DNA from: Squalus acanthias
Lineage: Eukaryota
Reading direction: 5' to 3'
Assembly (NCBI GenBank): GCA_030390025.1
Contig: CM059427.1
Location: forward strand, 57,660,001-57,724,000
Length of the DNA stretch: 64,000 nt
Shown here piece by piece: positions 49,367 through 63,197 of the stretch. The translations under genes and the position numbers were made by a program. The first letter of the stretch is position 1. The number at the start of each line of letters is the position of its first letter. The notes below the pieces were generated by a model, which saw only the letters and a program-made list of their open reading frames with translations, had not been told where the DNA came from and made no database searches.

Positions 49367-52300
49367 CCACGCCCTTGCATTTCTCACTAGAAATAATCTT
49401 TTTTTTTTAAAAGTAGCACTGTCGACATAAACAATGCATGTTAACATTCCAACCCAAACTTTATTGATGCAAGGGGTTGAATTTCTGATGCTTCCTAAAG
49501 CTTGAGGTCTGCTGGAAGTGGAACCGTTGCCACTGTGAACACAAGGGCTAGGCTGGTGTTAAACTTGAGCTGAACAGGAACTCCTCCTGAATCTGTTTTC
49601 TCTGTTAAGGGTCTCTCAGGCAAAATTACTTTCAAAGAGTAAAAAAATAATAACTGAGAGTACTGTTTCAGAGTAATTTTTGCACAGAACATATAAAAAC
49701 ACTGGTATTTGAAGAACTTTCGATGGCTTTACTCCTATTGCTGCACAGGGTTTTGGTAACGTTTGGAAACAAGGATAAATTAATATTACGTTTTGGTCTG
49801 GGTGACCAAAAGAGAAAATGTATTTTTGGCTGTTTTGTTTTAGTACCAATTACATGACTGACTCCATCAAAAAATACAATGAAAAGCATTACAACCAAAA
49901 ATATGATTTTCAAAATAATTGGATGAATACCAATATAATAGAACCTCACTCACGAGGACCAATGCTCGATTACAACAGTCATCCAGAGTGCCGTAAAGCC
50001 CCGCACTCTGGCAAGAGTTTTAAAAGTGCCAAGTTGGAACTCAAAACAAACTTCTGAGCAAAATGCCTATTTAGTTCGGTACAGGTCTTCAGGTACACAC
50101 TGAACACTGATGAGTTCAGCTGTTCGTTCATGGTGCTCTAACAAGCATCAATTGCAAAACATTTAATGGATGATATTAGGATAGAGGCACACTTCTAATG
50201 GAAGGTGGCACTGAAGGGGTCAACCACAGCATGTTCGCAGATTAATATAACAGGAACTTAGTGAGATGAATTCTAGCATAAAAGATCAAACCTCTAATAA
50301 CTGGAGCGCGCTCAGAACGCACTGGATGTACCACAACAGTATGCACCATTACATAAACACAGCTAACAGAAGTTTCAATCTTCCCCTATAGGTAATGCAA
50401 GGGTTAATTCTTTCTCTGATTAGCATTGTTTTGATAGCCTAAAGCAAGTCAAATATTTGGATAGAACTGATTATGACTCCAGAATATTTCAGATTTTCCC
50501 AACATGTCATTATTGCAAGATTAAATACCACATTTTATATTCCTCCCCCCCCCTTAAGAAAAAGACAGCATTTTATTAGTGTGGCTGAATATGTCTGGCA
50601 CTAGGTACATCGGCAGCAAGACATTATTCACCTACTCATCACATAAGAAGCAAGCAAACAATTGCTGAAGCTAATTTCTTAATTAGCTGTGCTCTGGCAG
50701 TAATGATTGCAGATTGTGTCAACTAAAATCTGTTTGGATTCTGTAAATTGGAGTCCGACAAGCATCCCGTTCCGCCTAAAACCTGATAACTCTCACCCCC
50801 CTGTCTTTTGTTTTTCCTTCCAGCCTTCTTCCTGTCGCCATCTCAGTATTTAATCTGACACCGTCAGGCAGCTAGAATGTTTTATTCTTCCTCTCCCCCT
50901 CAAAGAGGAAAAAAAAAGGAAAAGCGAAACATTTACGTGGGTACAGGAGAGCTGGCTGCTTCTTTCAAACACAGGAAACCAAGAAAAACCTAGTGGCGAC
51001 TTACAAACAAGAAGAGCTCTTTCTCAACAGCTTATCAAGACTGTGTTTTAAATGCATGAACATATTGCTCTTAAAGTTCAGTACAGTTGCTCTACCAATA
51101 CTGGCATCCATTCAGCAGTCAATCTCCCATCAGAAACCACAGCCCCTAACCCTAACAGAGATAAAGGTTATTTGCCTCACCTATCCGTGAAACCAGATGG
51201 CATTCAATTTTTTTCCCCACAAAGTATCTTTTCCACTTTATTCAATTACTCTGATTACTTTGACATTTGGAACAAAACTGGAAGAAAATATTTTTTTTCC
51301 AAAAAAGTGGTGTGATACATGTTGAATTTTAGCACTTTTATATAAAAAGAACAATCCAGCGTGTGTAGGCAATGGACGGGTTGCCTGTCTTGGTGTCTCC
51401 ATAATCCTTTTATCCAAACAAATATGCTGCTTTTATAACCTGCCCGTGATCATAAAATAAAAGCTAACATCACACAGTGAAAGTAACAGGAAAGAAGCCA
51501 ATTATGTTCTTCATCTATCGAGGAAACAGGGATCCGAGCAAGATGTGTTGACGCTCTTTGGAGTGTCTCAAAATTTGAAATACAAATCAATGAAAAAAAT
51601 AAAAGCTTCAAAGAAAACAAATGCCACATTGAAAGTGAATGTTGAGATTTCAGTAGCACACATCAAAAGCACCTACATTTACAGTTAAAAGGAAAATAGA
51701 GTCAAATGTGGATACGTAGATTTGTTACTGGCTTCCAGTTTCAGAATTTGCAGACTGGTTTCAAACACAAGAGCCTGGAGACTGCAATATCTTGTCAGAT
51801 GCTATCCCACTCCCACTCCCCTCCCCTCCCTTTTACCACCCACCTACCCACAGAAGGGATTAATGTCCAGACCAAAGCCTAGTCCCTTGAAAATAAAACA
51901 CACACCTTCAGCAAAATAAAAGAGTTGAGGTAAAACCTGTGTCCAATTAGCAGAAAGGGGAATCTATTTCAGAAAGAGAAGATTTTTTTTTGTCCTCATG
52001 TGACCAGCAAGCTGTTTTCATTTCCTGTCAGAAACCCTCGGACACTAAGAAGTTACCTGACTCAGCTTCTTGTAGGAATCAAATTCAGTTGGAGATAACA
52101 GCTAATCATTTGTCACCGTGAAGCAATTCCCTGAAATCTGAGGGAAAACCCACAGCTGCAATCTGCAGTCCTGTCAGATCAGAAGAAATTACATTCTGTG
52201 GTGACTAACCTCTGCTCTCCGAGCACTAACAACAGCAGTTGACTCTATCAAAACAGAATATTATGAACCTGTAGCACTTTGAACCACAGTGAGGCAGCTC

Positions 52301-54809
52301 ATTCCAATAACCACCCCCCCCCCCACCCCGCCACCCCAACCAAAGGCCACATACTGTTGCCTAGCCTCGGCCTCAATTTTCGCCACCAAGTGCAGTTTGT
52401 TGCATTTTGTATCTACATAACTATGTGCACATAATTTACATACTAACTGAAAAGCATTTGTCAGCTGAAGTCATGCATTTGCCATCTAGAACATTTAGTG
52501 TGAAAAGAGGAGGTAGCACTCTTAGTTGAGAACAGTTCTGTTTTATACATGCAACAGTGAATCTGGGAATACAGCCATATCACATTTTCCATACTTAATT
52601 TCTTTATTCTCGGCCTCGAAGACAGCGTGATTCTGTTTGCAGCATCGGCTGGGAAAGTACAATATTGCTAGTGTTTGAAACTGGGTTAGCAAGTGAATTT
52701 TGTTGTGTCAGTAATTCATTAAGTCAGTGTCATCTACTACACTAGTAATCACATGTCAGTAATATGATATTTAACCTAATACTGTAAGAAGGGACTTGTT
52801 TGTCATGTCACTACTATTATAACATGTTTAAAACAAGGTCCAGGATGGAGTAATTAGCTTTATATGGAACCTTATCTAATACAGTATATGCCTGCAGCTT
52901 CTTCAGTTCCTTAGCATAAGTACAGCACACTTCTAACGCGCATATTTCGGGTGGGGAGGAGATGGATGCTGCTACTTATAGCTAACAGGACATAAATTTA
53001 TGTCACAGGATACTACAGGATGATAAGGCACACTTTTCCCCCTCCTCCATTGCCTGGCCTGCTTTGCTTTTGTGCTTTTTCATATACGCCTTAATGTCAG
53101 TATAATTTTTTGACTTGTGGAGAAACAAATACATATCAAAGGCAGAATGACATGAAAGAGAAGAGATCGGGGCACTATTTCCAATCCTTTGCATTCACAT
53201 GGCTCAACACATTGGCAAAACTCAAATAAATGTGGTAATCAACTATTCACCTTAATAGAAGTTGCGCTATTTTAAATGATGTTCAAGTTCTTCCCTCCCC
53301 CCCCCGCCAAAACCTTTTTTTAATGACATATCCCAAATATTTTCTGCCACAGAATATAAGAAAACATGTTTTCAGAAATAAAAGCCAAGTTCCTCCAAAA
53401 CACAATTTACTGCTCCTCTTATCTTTCTGTTATTTGGGGGAACCCACACACTAATCCCTCGAATCATTTATCATACTTTTCTTTTACCTGATCCAGGCTT
53501 ACTCCCAGACTCTACAAACACACAGAGCATTTTTCAAGAGCAGAAGAAAATTGCCCACTCTTCTGAAATTTAAGCAGCCAATGCAGGAAAGATTCCCCAG
53601 GAGTAGTCAGATTTTCTCAGGTTTAACTAAATAATTTATGCATACTTTCAGTTTGGCATGATGAAGCAATTTTAGCCTTTACAAACCACAACTCCTCAAG
53701 AGGCAGAAAAGAGTCTTGTTCCTGCTCAGTTAAATAATTTAAGCAGCAAAGGTGGAAGAGCTCTGTACATTTTTCCCCCTTTTTTGGCCAACCAGGAGAG
53801 AACATATAGGTGCCAACAAAAGCTGAACTAGAGCATAAATCTACTCCCCCTTGAAAAATCTTTGTCACTTGGAAGCACACAGGATTTGAAGAATGGGTAA
53901 AAACGGCACATTGAGTCAACGCCCCTCCTGGCCCTACGTCATGTTTCTGTACTTGCCAAAGGGAGAATTTGCTTTCCCTCTTGCAGATTCACGATGACAT
54001 GTTTGTAAAAGAGCGTGGGACTGAGGCAGAAGCCCCTTCAGTCAACAAGCAGGGCATCTTACAGCTTGAACATTTACAGTGATTGCTCTCACGAGCCTCA
54101 GGCCAGATAAAAATTAGAAAAAACGTTATTTATTGTCAGAGGACTGTAAAACAAAATGCAGGCCAGAAGGAAAGAAGAAGAAAAAAACAAATAACCTACC
54201 ACCAAAAATACTTTCACATATTGTAACTGTACAAATTGAAGCAGTTAGACATGCCAATCAAATGGGTTCTCTCCAAGTATTACAGAACTTCTAAATGATT
54301 TACACCCACATGTTGTTCTCACTCCTGAGACAATCGTAAAGTGATATACCAAAGTTCAGGTGGAACTGGACTGTTCAGTCCGGCTCTAGTTGATTGGGTC
54401 AAGAAGCACCCCAAAGCTTAAAGCCGCTCTGTTCATGTTTCTTGTAAAATGGCAAATTTTCCCTGTTCCTTGAGAAATCTGAACCCAAGCTTGGAGCTGA
54501 GCCCAGCTTTCACTTGCACTATTGATGTTGACACAGCAACTTCAGAGCTTCATGTCTGGTTTCAAGTTCATTTGGGTGGAGTCTGTTCAAATTAAACTGA
54601 AGCAAACTGGATATTTGAACCATTGCTAGCTGGTCCTAGTCTAGTTTAAAGTAGAGGCGTGATGTGACTCTGGTACATCTCACCCTGGACATGGCTCTGG
54701 GATGTCTTGGCAATAGGTACTGGTGCAGACATCAGAGCTCAGAATCTGGCCACAATGAAAACCAAGACAATCAATCAAAAGTGCTGTGACATCACATCAC
54801 TATCATGAT

Positions 54810-55383
54810 CATAGAATAATAGAAACTTACAGCACAGAAGGAGGCCATTCAGCCCACCATGCCTGTGTTGGCTCTTTGAAAGAGCAGTCGTGCTTAGTCC
54901 CACATCCCCGCTTTTTGTCCATAACCCTGAAAGTTCCTCATCCTCAAGTGCCTGTCCAACTCCCTTTTAAAATTATTGATGGAATCAGCTTCCACCACCT
55001 TTTCAGATCGAGCGTTCCAGATCCTGACAACTCTCCGAGTGAAAAAAATTCTCCTCATCTCCCCTCTAGATCTTTTGCCAATTATTTCAAATCTATAGGG
55101 CTGGATTTTGTCTTGGGGTCGGGTTGGGGTCGTGTAATCCGCATTTCGTGTTCCCCGCCCGACTCCAGATTAATGTGGATGCCTGATGCAATTTTCACTT
55201 AATTGGGCAATTGAGTTGGAGCATGTGGAAACCCATGAACTAATTAGTGTTTTCGGTCTGAAAGTCGCCTCTGATGACGTCATCATTGCTGACTGCCTAG
55301 TCCTAGTCTCAGAGACTGTTGGGGTGAGAGAGGACCTGCCTGGCTTTTGATGTGAGTGGCCCTGGATGCAAAAAGGGGGTGTG

Positions 55384-55421
<38 letters not shown>

Positions 55422-56165
55422 ATTTTTCCCAAGCAAGTCCTCCCAGGCAGTCTCTGAAGACATTCAATGCAGCAGCATCAGAGGCGACGTTCAGACCTAA
55501 TACTACTACTACTACCTTCATCACATCTCCGTTGTAATAGTGCACCTGCAGCCGATAGTCAGCTATCCACTTGTGCTCCCGCCAGGTTTCACTGGAATGT
55601 TTCACACCAGGCGTGCTTCACGTCAGAAGAGGGTTAAACTAGCTACAGCGTTTCAAAATGGCATTACAGAGCCAATTTAGAGCTTGTTAAGGGCTTTAAT
55701 GGCCTCTCCCGCCTCTTGAAGGCGGGACGGAGTCGGGAACCCCGTGACTGATTATGTCAAAATTGCGTGGAGGCGGGATGGAGTCGGGATGGGGTCGGAA
55801 ACCCCGACCCCGCAAATTTAACCCCCCACACGCCTCCAAACCCAACTCCATGGGTCATTGAAAATCCAGCCCATAACCTGTGGTTATTGACCCACTCGGC
55901 AGAGGGAATAGTTTTTCTCTATCTACTCTATTAAAACCTCTCATCATCTTGAAAACCTCTATTAGGTCACCTCTTAACCTTCTCTATTCCAAGGAGAACA
56001 GTCCTAATGTTTCTAACTTCTCCTCATAACTGAAGTCCCTCATCCCTGGTAACATCCTGGTAAACCTCCTTTGTACTCTTTCTAAGGACTTTACATCTTT
56101 CCTGAAGTGTGGTGCTCAGAATTGTCCACAATACTCCAGCTGAGGCCTAACCAGTGATTTATAAA
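54810..56165 (-). mobile_element. CR1 LINE 3' fragment split by a TIR element (54810-55097 and 55873-56165)
   Basis: Collinear with the reverse complement of the CR1 at 42118-42849 once 55098-55872 is removed. Tail catagaataatagaa. Confidence 0.9.
55098..55872. mobile_element. 775-bp non-autonomous DNA transposon, PIF/Harbinger-like
   Basis: Perfect 12-bp TIRs GGGCTGGATTTT/AAAATCCAGCCC. 3-bp TSD ATA at 55095-55097 and 55873-55875. Subterminal ggagtcggg/ggggtcgg repeats and internal (GA)n. Confidence 0.9.
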
Positions 56166-56679
56166 TTTCTATGATGCCTGCTTTTATTTAGAGATCAGAA
56201 AGGCAGCTTAATGGTGAATTCCGAGGCTAGCCCACAGCCACATTTAGACTGTGTTGATGCAATGTGACATCAATAAATCTGCTTTTATATTGGGTTAAGT
56301 GCTATGCTAGAACCCCAAAATAAACTTGGTGGATGTGTAAAGGCTGGTGGCTGGGAAGAGCTGTTTTTTTTACCAGATCTTTCCTATGGTTGGCCTTAGC
56401 AAATCCAGCAAGATTACTTTGGGGTCACCACTGCTTGCAAAAGACCAGCAGGAGCTGGTGGCATTGGCATGGGATTCACACAAAGCATAAACAGAGGGCT
56501 GGGGATTTTATATGCTGCATTCACCTCAGATCAAACCATACTGTGTTAAACGGGATAACAGTGTCAATCCACTGTCAGTGATAAGATCATTATGCGCTCT
56601 TTTGTAACCAAACCTATTTTTCTTCAGTATTGCTCCTCCGGTGGCATATTACACCACTACATCATTCAGTCTCCAGATA

Positions 56680-56870
56680 TCTCAGTTGGTAAATGAACAA
56701 CTTACCAGTATTTGCTAAGTTAACTACTATCAGCTGACACAATAGTAGAAGTGCTGCAATTGGCCTCTGCATTTGTTTTCTAAAAAGAGACAAAATTAGT
56801 TACGGCTCCTGCTCCTGATTGCTATCCAGTGACTTCTGCTTGTAAGTGCATAAGTGTGAATGTCAAGTGA
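56680..56870 (+). mobile_element. Old tRNA-derived SINE fragment
   Basis: ctcagttggtaaatg...caattggcctctg...ctcctgctcctgattgctatccagtgacttctgct. Confidence 0.6.
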
Positions 56871-57167
56871 GACAAACTTTTCTGTGATGCTCCCACATTT
56901 GAATAGCCACCGACTCTGATTGAGCCACATGACAACTGTAGACCTGTTCAAAGTTTGCCCTGTATTGACCCTGCTCATAAAAAATTCCAGGAATGACTGT
57001 ACTACTGTCTTTATGTATTGTCACTACAACAGGTAGTTGAGAGAAAAAAGTACAATATGACAAGGAAAGGAATTGGACCTAATTTTATCTCAAATTTCCA
57101 TTGTAAATTCAAACCTATAACGAGATCAAGGTGGTAAGGGGTTTGTAAGTTCGCTTAAAAGATTACT

Positions 57168-57352
57168 TCTGTGTAGTTCCCCAGATGGGTAAATGCACTG
57201 CATGGTGCCGTATTGAACTATACACACCGTGAAAGCCCCAGCTTTGATCCCTGGTCTGTACTGAGTTATGTGGGTTCAGTCTGGGTGGCAAGTGAGGGTG
57301 TAAAACTGGCCTCAGCTAAGAGAGGTGAAAACAATTAGTCAGAGTTCTGTTA
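57168..57352 (+). mobile_element. Old tRNA-derived SINE head
   Basis: Degenerate A box (tagttccccagatgggtaaa) and B box (gctttgatccc), then tggtctgtactgagtta...aactggcctcagc. Confidence 0.65.
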
Positions 57353-58119
57353 CTCAATAAAATAGTGTGCACGAAAATGAACCACTCATCAAAAAGAGAT
57401 GGTAAACAGAACAATCTTTCTCGCTGGCCCCATGTTTAGGTAATGTGATGCACAAACCACGAGAAGTGAGCAGCAGAAGACAGACATGCTTAAACAGCAA
57501 AGTAATAAAAATCAATAACCTGGAATATCCCCCCTCCTCATCTGTGATAACAGCGCTGGTATTAAGTTTTTACATGTAGCAACAGTGCATATCAGTTTCC
57601 ACTGCCCTTCCTACGCCAGCTATTATAGGGCCTATAACCACCTGGGGGACTGCACTGGCAGCAAGGCTCATCCCACAGAGTTGACCAGATGCCAGCTTCA
57701 TTGCATCAGCGTCAATTTGTTTCGACCCAAAACTGGACAAGGCCAAGGCACACAGCTCACCCCCACCCACTCTCCTTTGCAAAGACTTACAAAACACACT
57801 GCATTGTTTCAACAAAAAAGCGAGAGGGTAGGTAGGCAATTTTTATACTTTCTTTTGTACTGTTGTAATTATGGTTGCAGAATATTTAACCCTTGAGCTC
57901 CCACGTATAATTGAGCATTCCATTTCCAAAAGGCGAAATATTTAGCATTGTTGCACGTCGTACTGCTACACATTCTTTGGATTGGAATGACAGCCTCAGT
58001 TTAAACTAAAAAGAAAACTGGTTATAGCCTGTTGTAGAAATAAATGGTAAGTCCAGTGCTGCCTGTCTGAATTCTTATAATATCTTTGCTTTTCAAAACA
58101 TTTTCTCATAGATTTTGTT

Positions 58120-58507
58120 TCCTCCCCCTCCTCTCTGGAAGATGTTCGCTCCTTGCTGGAATGTGGTTCCTAGTACCTTGTCCAAATGACCATTGTTCCT
58201 GTGTGAGCCTTGATGGCGAGCATCAGCGGGCTATGCGGGGGGGCACCACAGTCGAGCCTGATCCTGTCCTCACTGTGTCGCCATACATAGGCACTTCCAA
58301 CAGGGAGTCCTTGATTATGATCAAGTGTGGGAACTGTGGTTAATTTCCCCTCCCTATCCCAGGGGCACTGAGGCCCATTGGAGGGCTCCTACTACTGCCC
58401 TGGCTAAGATTAGCTAACTGCACACACTGTGGATGAAAGCTAGGACCCTCCTGGTTTGTATGGTACAGCTACTCGCTGCCTAAACCTGCTGAGCTATCAG
58501 GGGAGTC
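58120..58507 (-). mobile_element. Near full-length old tRNA-derived SINE (~390 bp)
   Basis: Minus strand: tagctcagcagg (A box), gctttcatcc (B box-like), body ggcctcagtgcccctgggatagggaggg...gtgaggacaggatcaggctcgactgtggtgcccc...aggctcacacaggaacaatggtcatttggacaaggtact. Confidence 0.78.
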
Positions 58508-59489
58508 ATAATGCCTTTCCTTATGTTACTGTTATTTAAAGGCTACTTTCATTTCATTTCAGCAATAAACATGCTAAAAGTCTACATTACTGCACTGAGA
58601 TGGCTGCTCAATTTAACTGGATGTGACAAATGGACCTGAAATTCTTCTTTGTTGTTGTATGGAATTTGTGTTAACAAGGGGAGAGATGGATTTTCTTTCT
58701 CCTTGCTCCTAGTGATTGAACCAAGCGCTCTCAGATTGGACTTTGGTTAGTCCTTCTTTATACCGTAGAACTGCTTCTATTTGAAGTGATTCTACAGTGT
58801 CCTCGGGCTCCTGATACTCTGGAATCAACTCCATTTACATTGTGGGGCAGAGTTCAGAGTACCGCCGGCAATGAGAAGCAAAAACCTGCACTTGTGCAAG
58901 ACTGTGGGTGTCCACCATGCCAGCATCCCACAGAACTTCCCCAGGATGATAAACTAGTTGTCTTTAGGTGTTATGAAGGCAACAGGTAGTTACGAAAAAA
59001 CTTGAGAAGAATTGAACCTAGTCTTATATGAAATGTGCAATATGTATTTTATATGACTGTGCTGACGCAGAGTGATCTTGGCCTTGTGCATAATAGAGCA
59101 TGCAATGACAATACAGTATGGATAAACAATCTTATTTACTCATAGAGCAAGGAGAACCCAGTTGCCCTCATGCAGATCCAGAAGAACACTACACACCAGA
59201 CTATCAACTCTCAACAATACACTTGAACCAGTCCTGAGCACAGATACGAACTCAGGAGAATTAGAGGAATCAATGTGAGGCACTAAGCACTGGTGATGAA
59301 TGGGGCAGCAGTAATGGCAGATGATGAGACGTAAACTGATCTTGAGTGAAGATCTGGCATGCTGAGTGCCCTTGCTCAGTTGCATAGGGTTAAGAGCTTA
59401 GTGGGCTTGCTTTAAAACTAAGGCTGGTATAGCACCAAAAACCATACCATTGCCCTACGTATCTCAGAAAGCAATGAGCCAACGGGATT

Positions 59490-59742
59490 CAACAACAACA
59501 ACAACAAGTTGTATTTATATAGCTCCTTTAATGTCGTAAAACATCCCAAGGTGCTTTCCAGAAGCGTTATCAAACAAAATTTGACACCGAGCCACATAAG
59601 GGAGATATTAGGGCAGATGGGTAGGTTTTAAGGCGCGTCTTAAAGGAGGAAAGAGAGGTAGAGAGGTGGAAAGGTTTAGGAGGGAATTCCAGAGCTTAGG
59701 GCCTTGGCAGCTGAAGGCACGGCCACCAATGGTGAAGCGATC
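59490..59742 (-). mobile_element. L2-clade LINE 3' end
   Basis: (TTG)n tail. Same sequence family as 21748-22010 (agggaattccagagcttagggccttggcagctgaaggcacggccaccaatggtg). Confidence 0.85.
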
Positions 59743-62700
59743 AGGTAAAAGATACCCTTGGCATTAATGCAGGTACATTAGAGTTGGACACAGATACAGA
59801 TAGCAGGTCTATCGTAATTCCTAAAAATAGCCTCTTGGCAGCGCAGCCAATCACCTGTGCAAGTCCTTTAATTAGGAGAGCACACAGCAGCGGGTCATGT
59901 GCACAACAAGCAAGACATCCATAGAGCATAACAGACAAGTGCAACCACAAGACACATGAAGCAGATGCCTTGCCATCCCTTCACAATTTAATAAAATTCA
60001 TTCACTTTCACTCTGTCTTGCAGTCTGTCATTCTTTTATCGTACAGAACAGAAGGCATCAGTTGTTTAAAAGCAAACAGAACAGAAGCACTTCTCTGCTA
60101 AAAAATGAAAATATCAGTTCACTGATTGTAATATGTCCAGTGGAAAGTAATAGTATTTGCTGTACAGTTGAAAGGCAACAGCTCAGACTGCCTGGTGATA
60201 AAAGCAATACCTCACACTCCAAAGTGTCAAATATCAACATTTTCTGGGAGGCCATAACCCCCAGATAATAAATCTTGTATCGTCAGCACTCACATCCCCA
60301 TTCAAAAATGTCTAAATTCACTTGTGCTGTTGTGGTTGCTTTTAAAGAAAATGAGAATGGTTATGAAGTTGTTAGCTGCCTTAATAAAAATGTATTGTTG
60401 TTATTATTTTTCTTTTGTTTCTCTCCTCTTCCCCCAGAATGTGTACTGTGCCCCATTTTGGCCATAAGGTCCTAGGCCTCAGCCTCAGCCCCAGCCCATG
60501 GTGATACTTCAAAATCGTCCTGTTTCTTAAACTGAGTAATGGCAGTTGGGAAAAGGAGAAGAATATTTATTTTTGAGTTGACTGTGTAGCTGCAGAATGG
60601 GGTACAAATTCACCATTAATGACCTTAACAAGGCCTCAACAAGGAAAAAACTTTTTAAGTTAACCCTTTTGGAAAGATGAGAGTGGTCAGGGCTGCACTA
60701 AACATGCAGGAATAGTCCATTACTTCTTTTCTCCTCCATTCCACCACTTTTTAGTCACTTCTGCTCTTTTGCTTCAAATGGCGGAGGCAGGCACTTCGAT
60801 CCAGAAGTTATTTTCTCTCAGAAGTGTTTTTGGTTGGTAAAGGACTAGGCATGACTTTCATTTCCACTGCTTTGTGAAGCACATAAGGAGAAGGACTTAG
60901 ATCTTGAAATAAATATGACCTCTGAGCATTTCAGAAAGCCAAAGGAATTGCATTTGCTACAGTTATAATGGGCTAGAGTGAGAGGAAAGGCCCTCCACCA
61001 TGATACCTAGTAACAAAAGGTCAAGGAGCTTGACCTGCCTGTATCTGACTCTTACAGGGGTCGGTGGGTGGGTTCATGGTACAGAAGCAGCACTCTCTGC
61101 CACTTGAGTAAGTGAGATATGCATAAGCACAAAGTCCAGGCTTAGCTGTGCACCACTGGTAGTCGTAATGAGGAAAAACACTGACACCAGATTCCAGAGA
61201 TACAACAGTGTCCTGGACCTCACAATAACCCACATTAGTACAAGCCACAAGCAGGAGTCACTTCTGTTTGGAAATCCTGAGCACATGCCATCCTAAAGCT
61301 ACATAGCACTTCTCATTTACAGGAATGTACTGATAACTGGTTAACATTACTGGTGTGTATCTATTAACCTAAGGAACTTGTGGTTGGCACTCGTGGTGCT
61401 AGTGCTAAATTGCGGGGTTGGGGAAGGCTGGGGGGGGCATTGGGGAGGGGACAAGCCATTTGCAAGCCAAATATTTCTGTGGCACTGACACCTGGTTGAC
61501 AATGATTCCGATCATCTAATGCCAAGAAAATTGGTTCTATATTATATAGTAGTGAAGAGTTGATGTGACTGCCTGCAGTTGAAGGTGGGGCTCCAACAAA
61601 CCTTTCGATGAGGGAATAAATATGCAAGAGCTAAAATGGTTCAAGTGATCTGCTTTGTGAAAAGATGCTGCTCAATAGTGCGTAATAGTCCTGAACTTCA
61701 ACAGAGATAAGCAGGAAGTTAATTCTCAAGCTTCAAAGAAGGTAGACAAATAGCAATACAGTAGCCTCTCACTGTAAGACTGTCTGATACATGACAACTT
61801 CTGCTATAACACACATTACTCATGCCTTCTCCAGTGATAGAGAACCTATATAAAACACCATCTGTATAATACAGCCCAGCTGTAGTGTGCTTTTATATGG
61901 CTCCCAAAGACAGCCTTATGAGGAGGGCCTCATACACTTGTATTTATATAATCTATAAAAATTTTAAAGGAATACTGCTGTCTGGTTGGAGAGTTTTTTT
62001 TATAAAAAAGAGAAGAGCAGGTTCCACTCCTGGAGTTTGCTGGGAAAAGCTTGCACTGAGCACATCCATAAGGTTGTTATTTTTGTTGATTTATTTTGGA
62101 AGGAAAGGGGGCAACAGTGTATAAGAAGCACGTAAAATTGGTCTTCCTGATATGCATGGCTCAGGACCACACAAGTTAGTACATTTGGGCTATCTGGGAG
62201 ACCAAGCAGGCTTATTCTTATTAATAGTCATCGAATGACTAAAGTTCGGGTATAGTATTGAAATATTTATGGCTTCAAAGGTACACTAACTTAGATCATA
62301 CCTAGGTCTATCAATCAAATTTTACCTCTGTGCTTGTTGAATAATAAAACCAATAAAAGAAACAGAAAATACATTAAACTGAGTGAATACGCAGTCAAGC
62401 ATACAGCAGGCAGATTGTTATGTGTTCTTTTTTGGAGTGTTTAATGTTGCATATATTGTATTAAAATTACATTAATGGTTATGTTAGAAATCCCAGGGGA
62501 ACCAACAATTCCATTACAGTGTTTTTGTACTAGGGTTTGGAAAATCCTTGCCACCGTTGCATTATCTTTGTGGGATCAAGGGAAGGGGAGTTTACCTATG
62601 TTCTTACTGGATACCACCTGTATCTCACCAACCTTCCCCATCTCTCTCGCTCCCCACCCACCCTGTCATGCACAAATAAATTAACCCTGTTGGTGCAATC

Positions 62701-63197
62701 AAGGAATATGTCGACGATTTTGGTTTTGTATTTTGATCACCGAGGCCATGCTAAAATGTACGGATAGCCTCCAGGCAGGAGTGGAGGCAAGACTCTAGGC
62801 CTGAACCTCATTGTATCAGTAACACACAAACGATCAATGTAAATTATTGATGGCAGCATTAGAATACTATTGTGCAGTGTATTGCGGACTTGAAGATGAC
62901 GGCTCTTGTATTGAGTTGTATGCTCAAAGAGCAGTACTCCAGAGCTAGGTACTGCCATGATCATAATTCATGAGTTATAAGAAAAGAAATTATTTAGAAA
63001 CAAGCTGGAAGGTCATACTTGTAAAAGGGCATATAAAGCAAAATGTACTTAGGAAGCTCAGACTGTAGTGAGTTAGTTATATCAGATTTGGGTCTACGGT
63101 TTTTGATTTGTTCAGGACATGTCTCTTTACTAAAAGGAAAAGGTACTTACAGTAAATTCAATCTGAAAAGCATGATGCAGCACCATGTTACAGTTAC

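Noticed and set aside
57168-57260. tRNA gene
   Set aside because: A/B boxes are degenerate, no cloverleaf can be formed, and the sequence continues into a SINE body.
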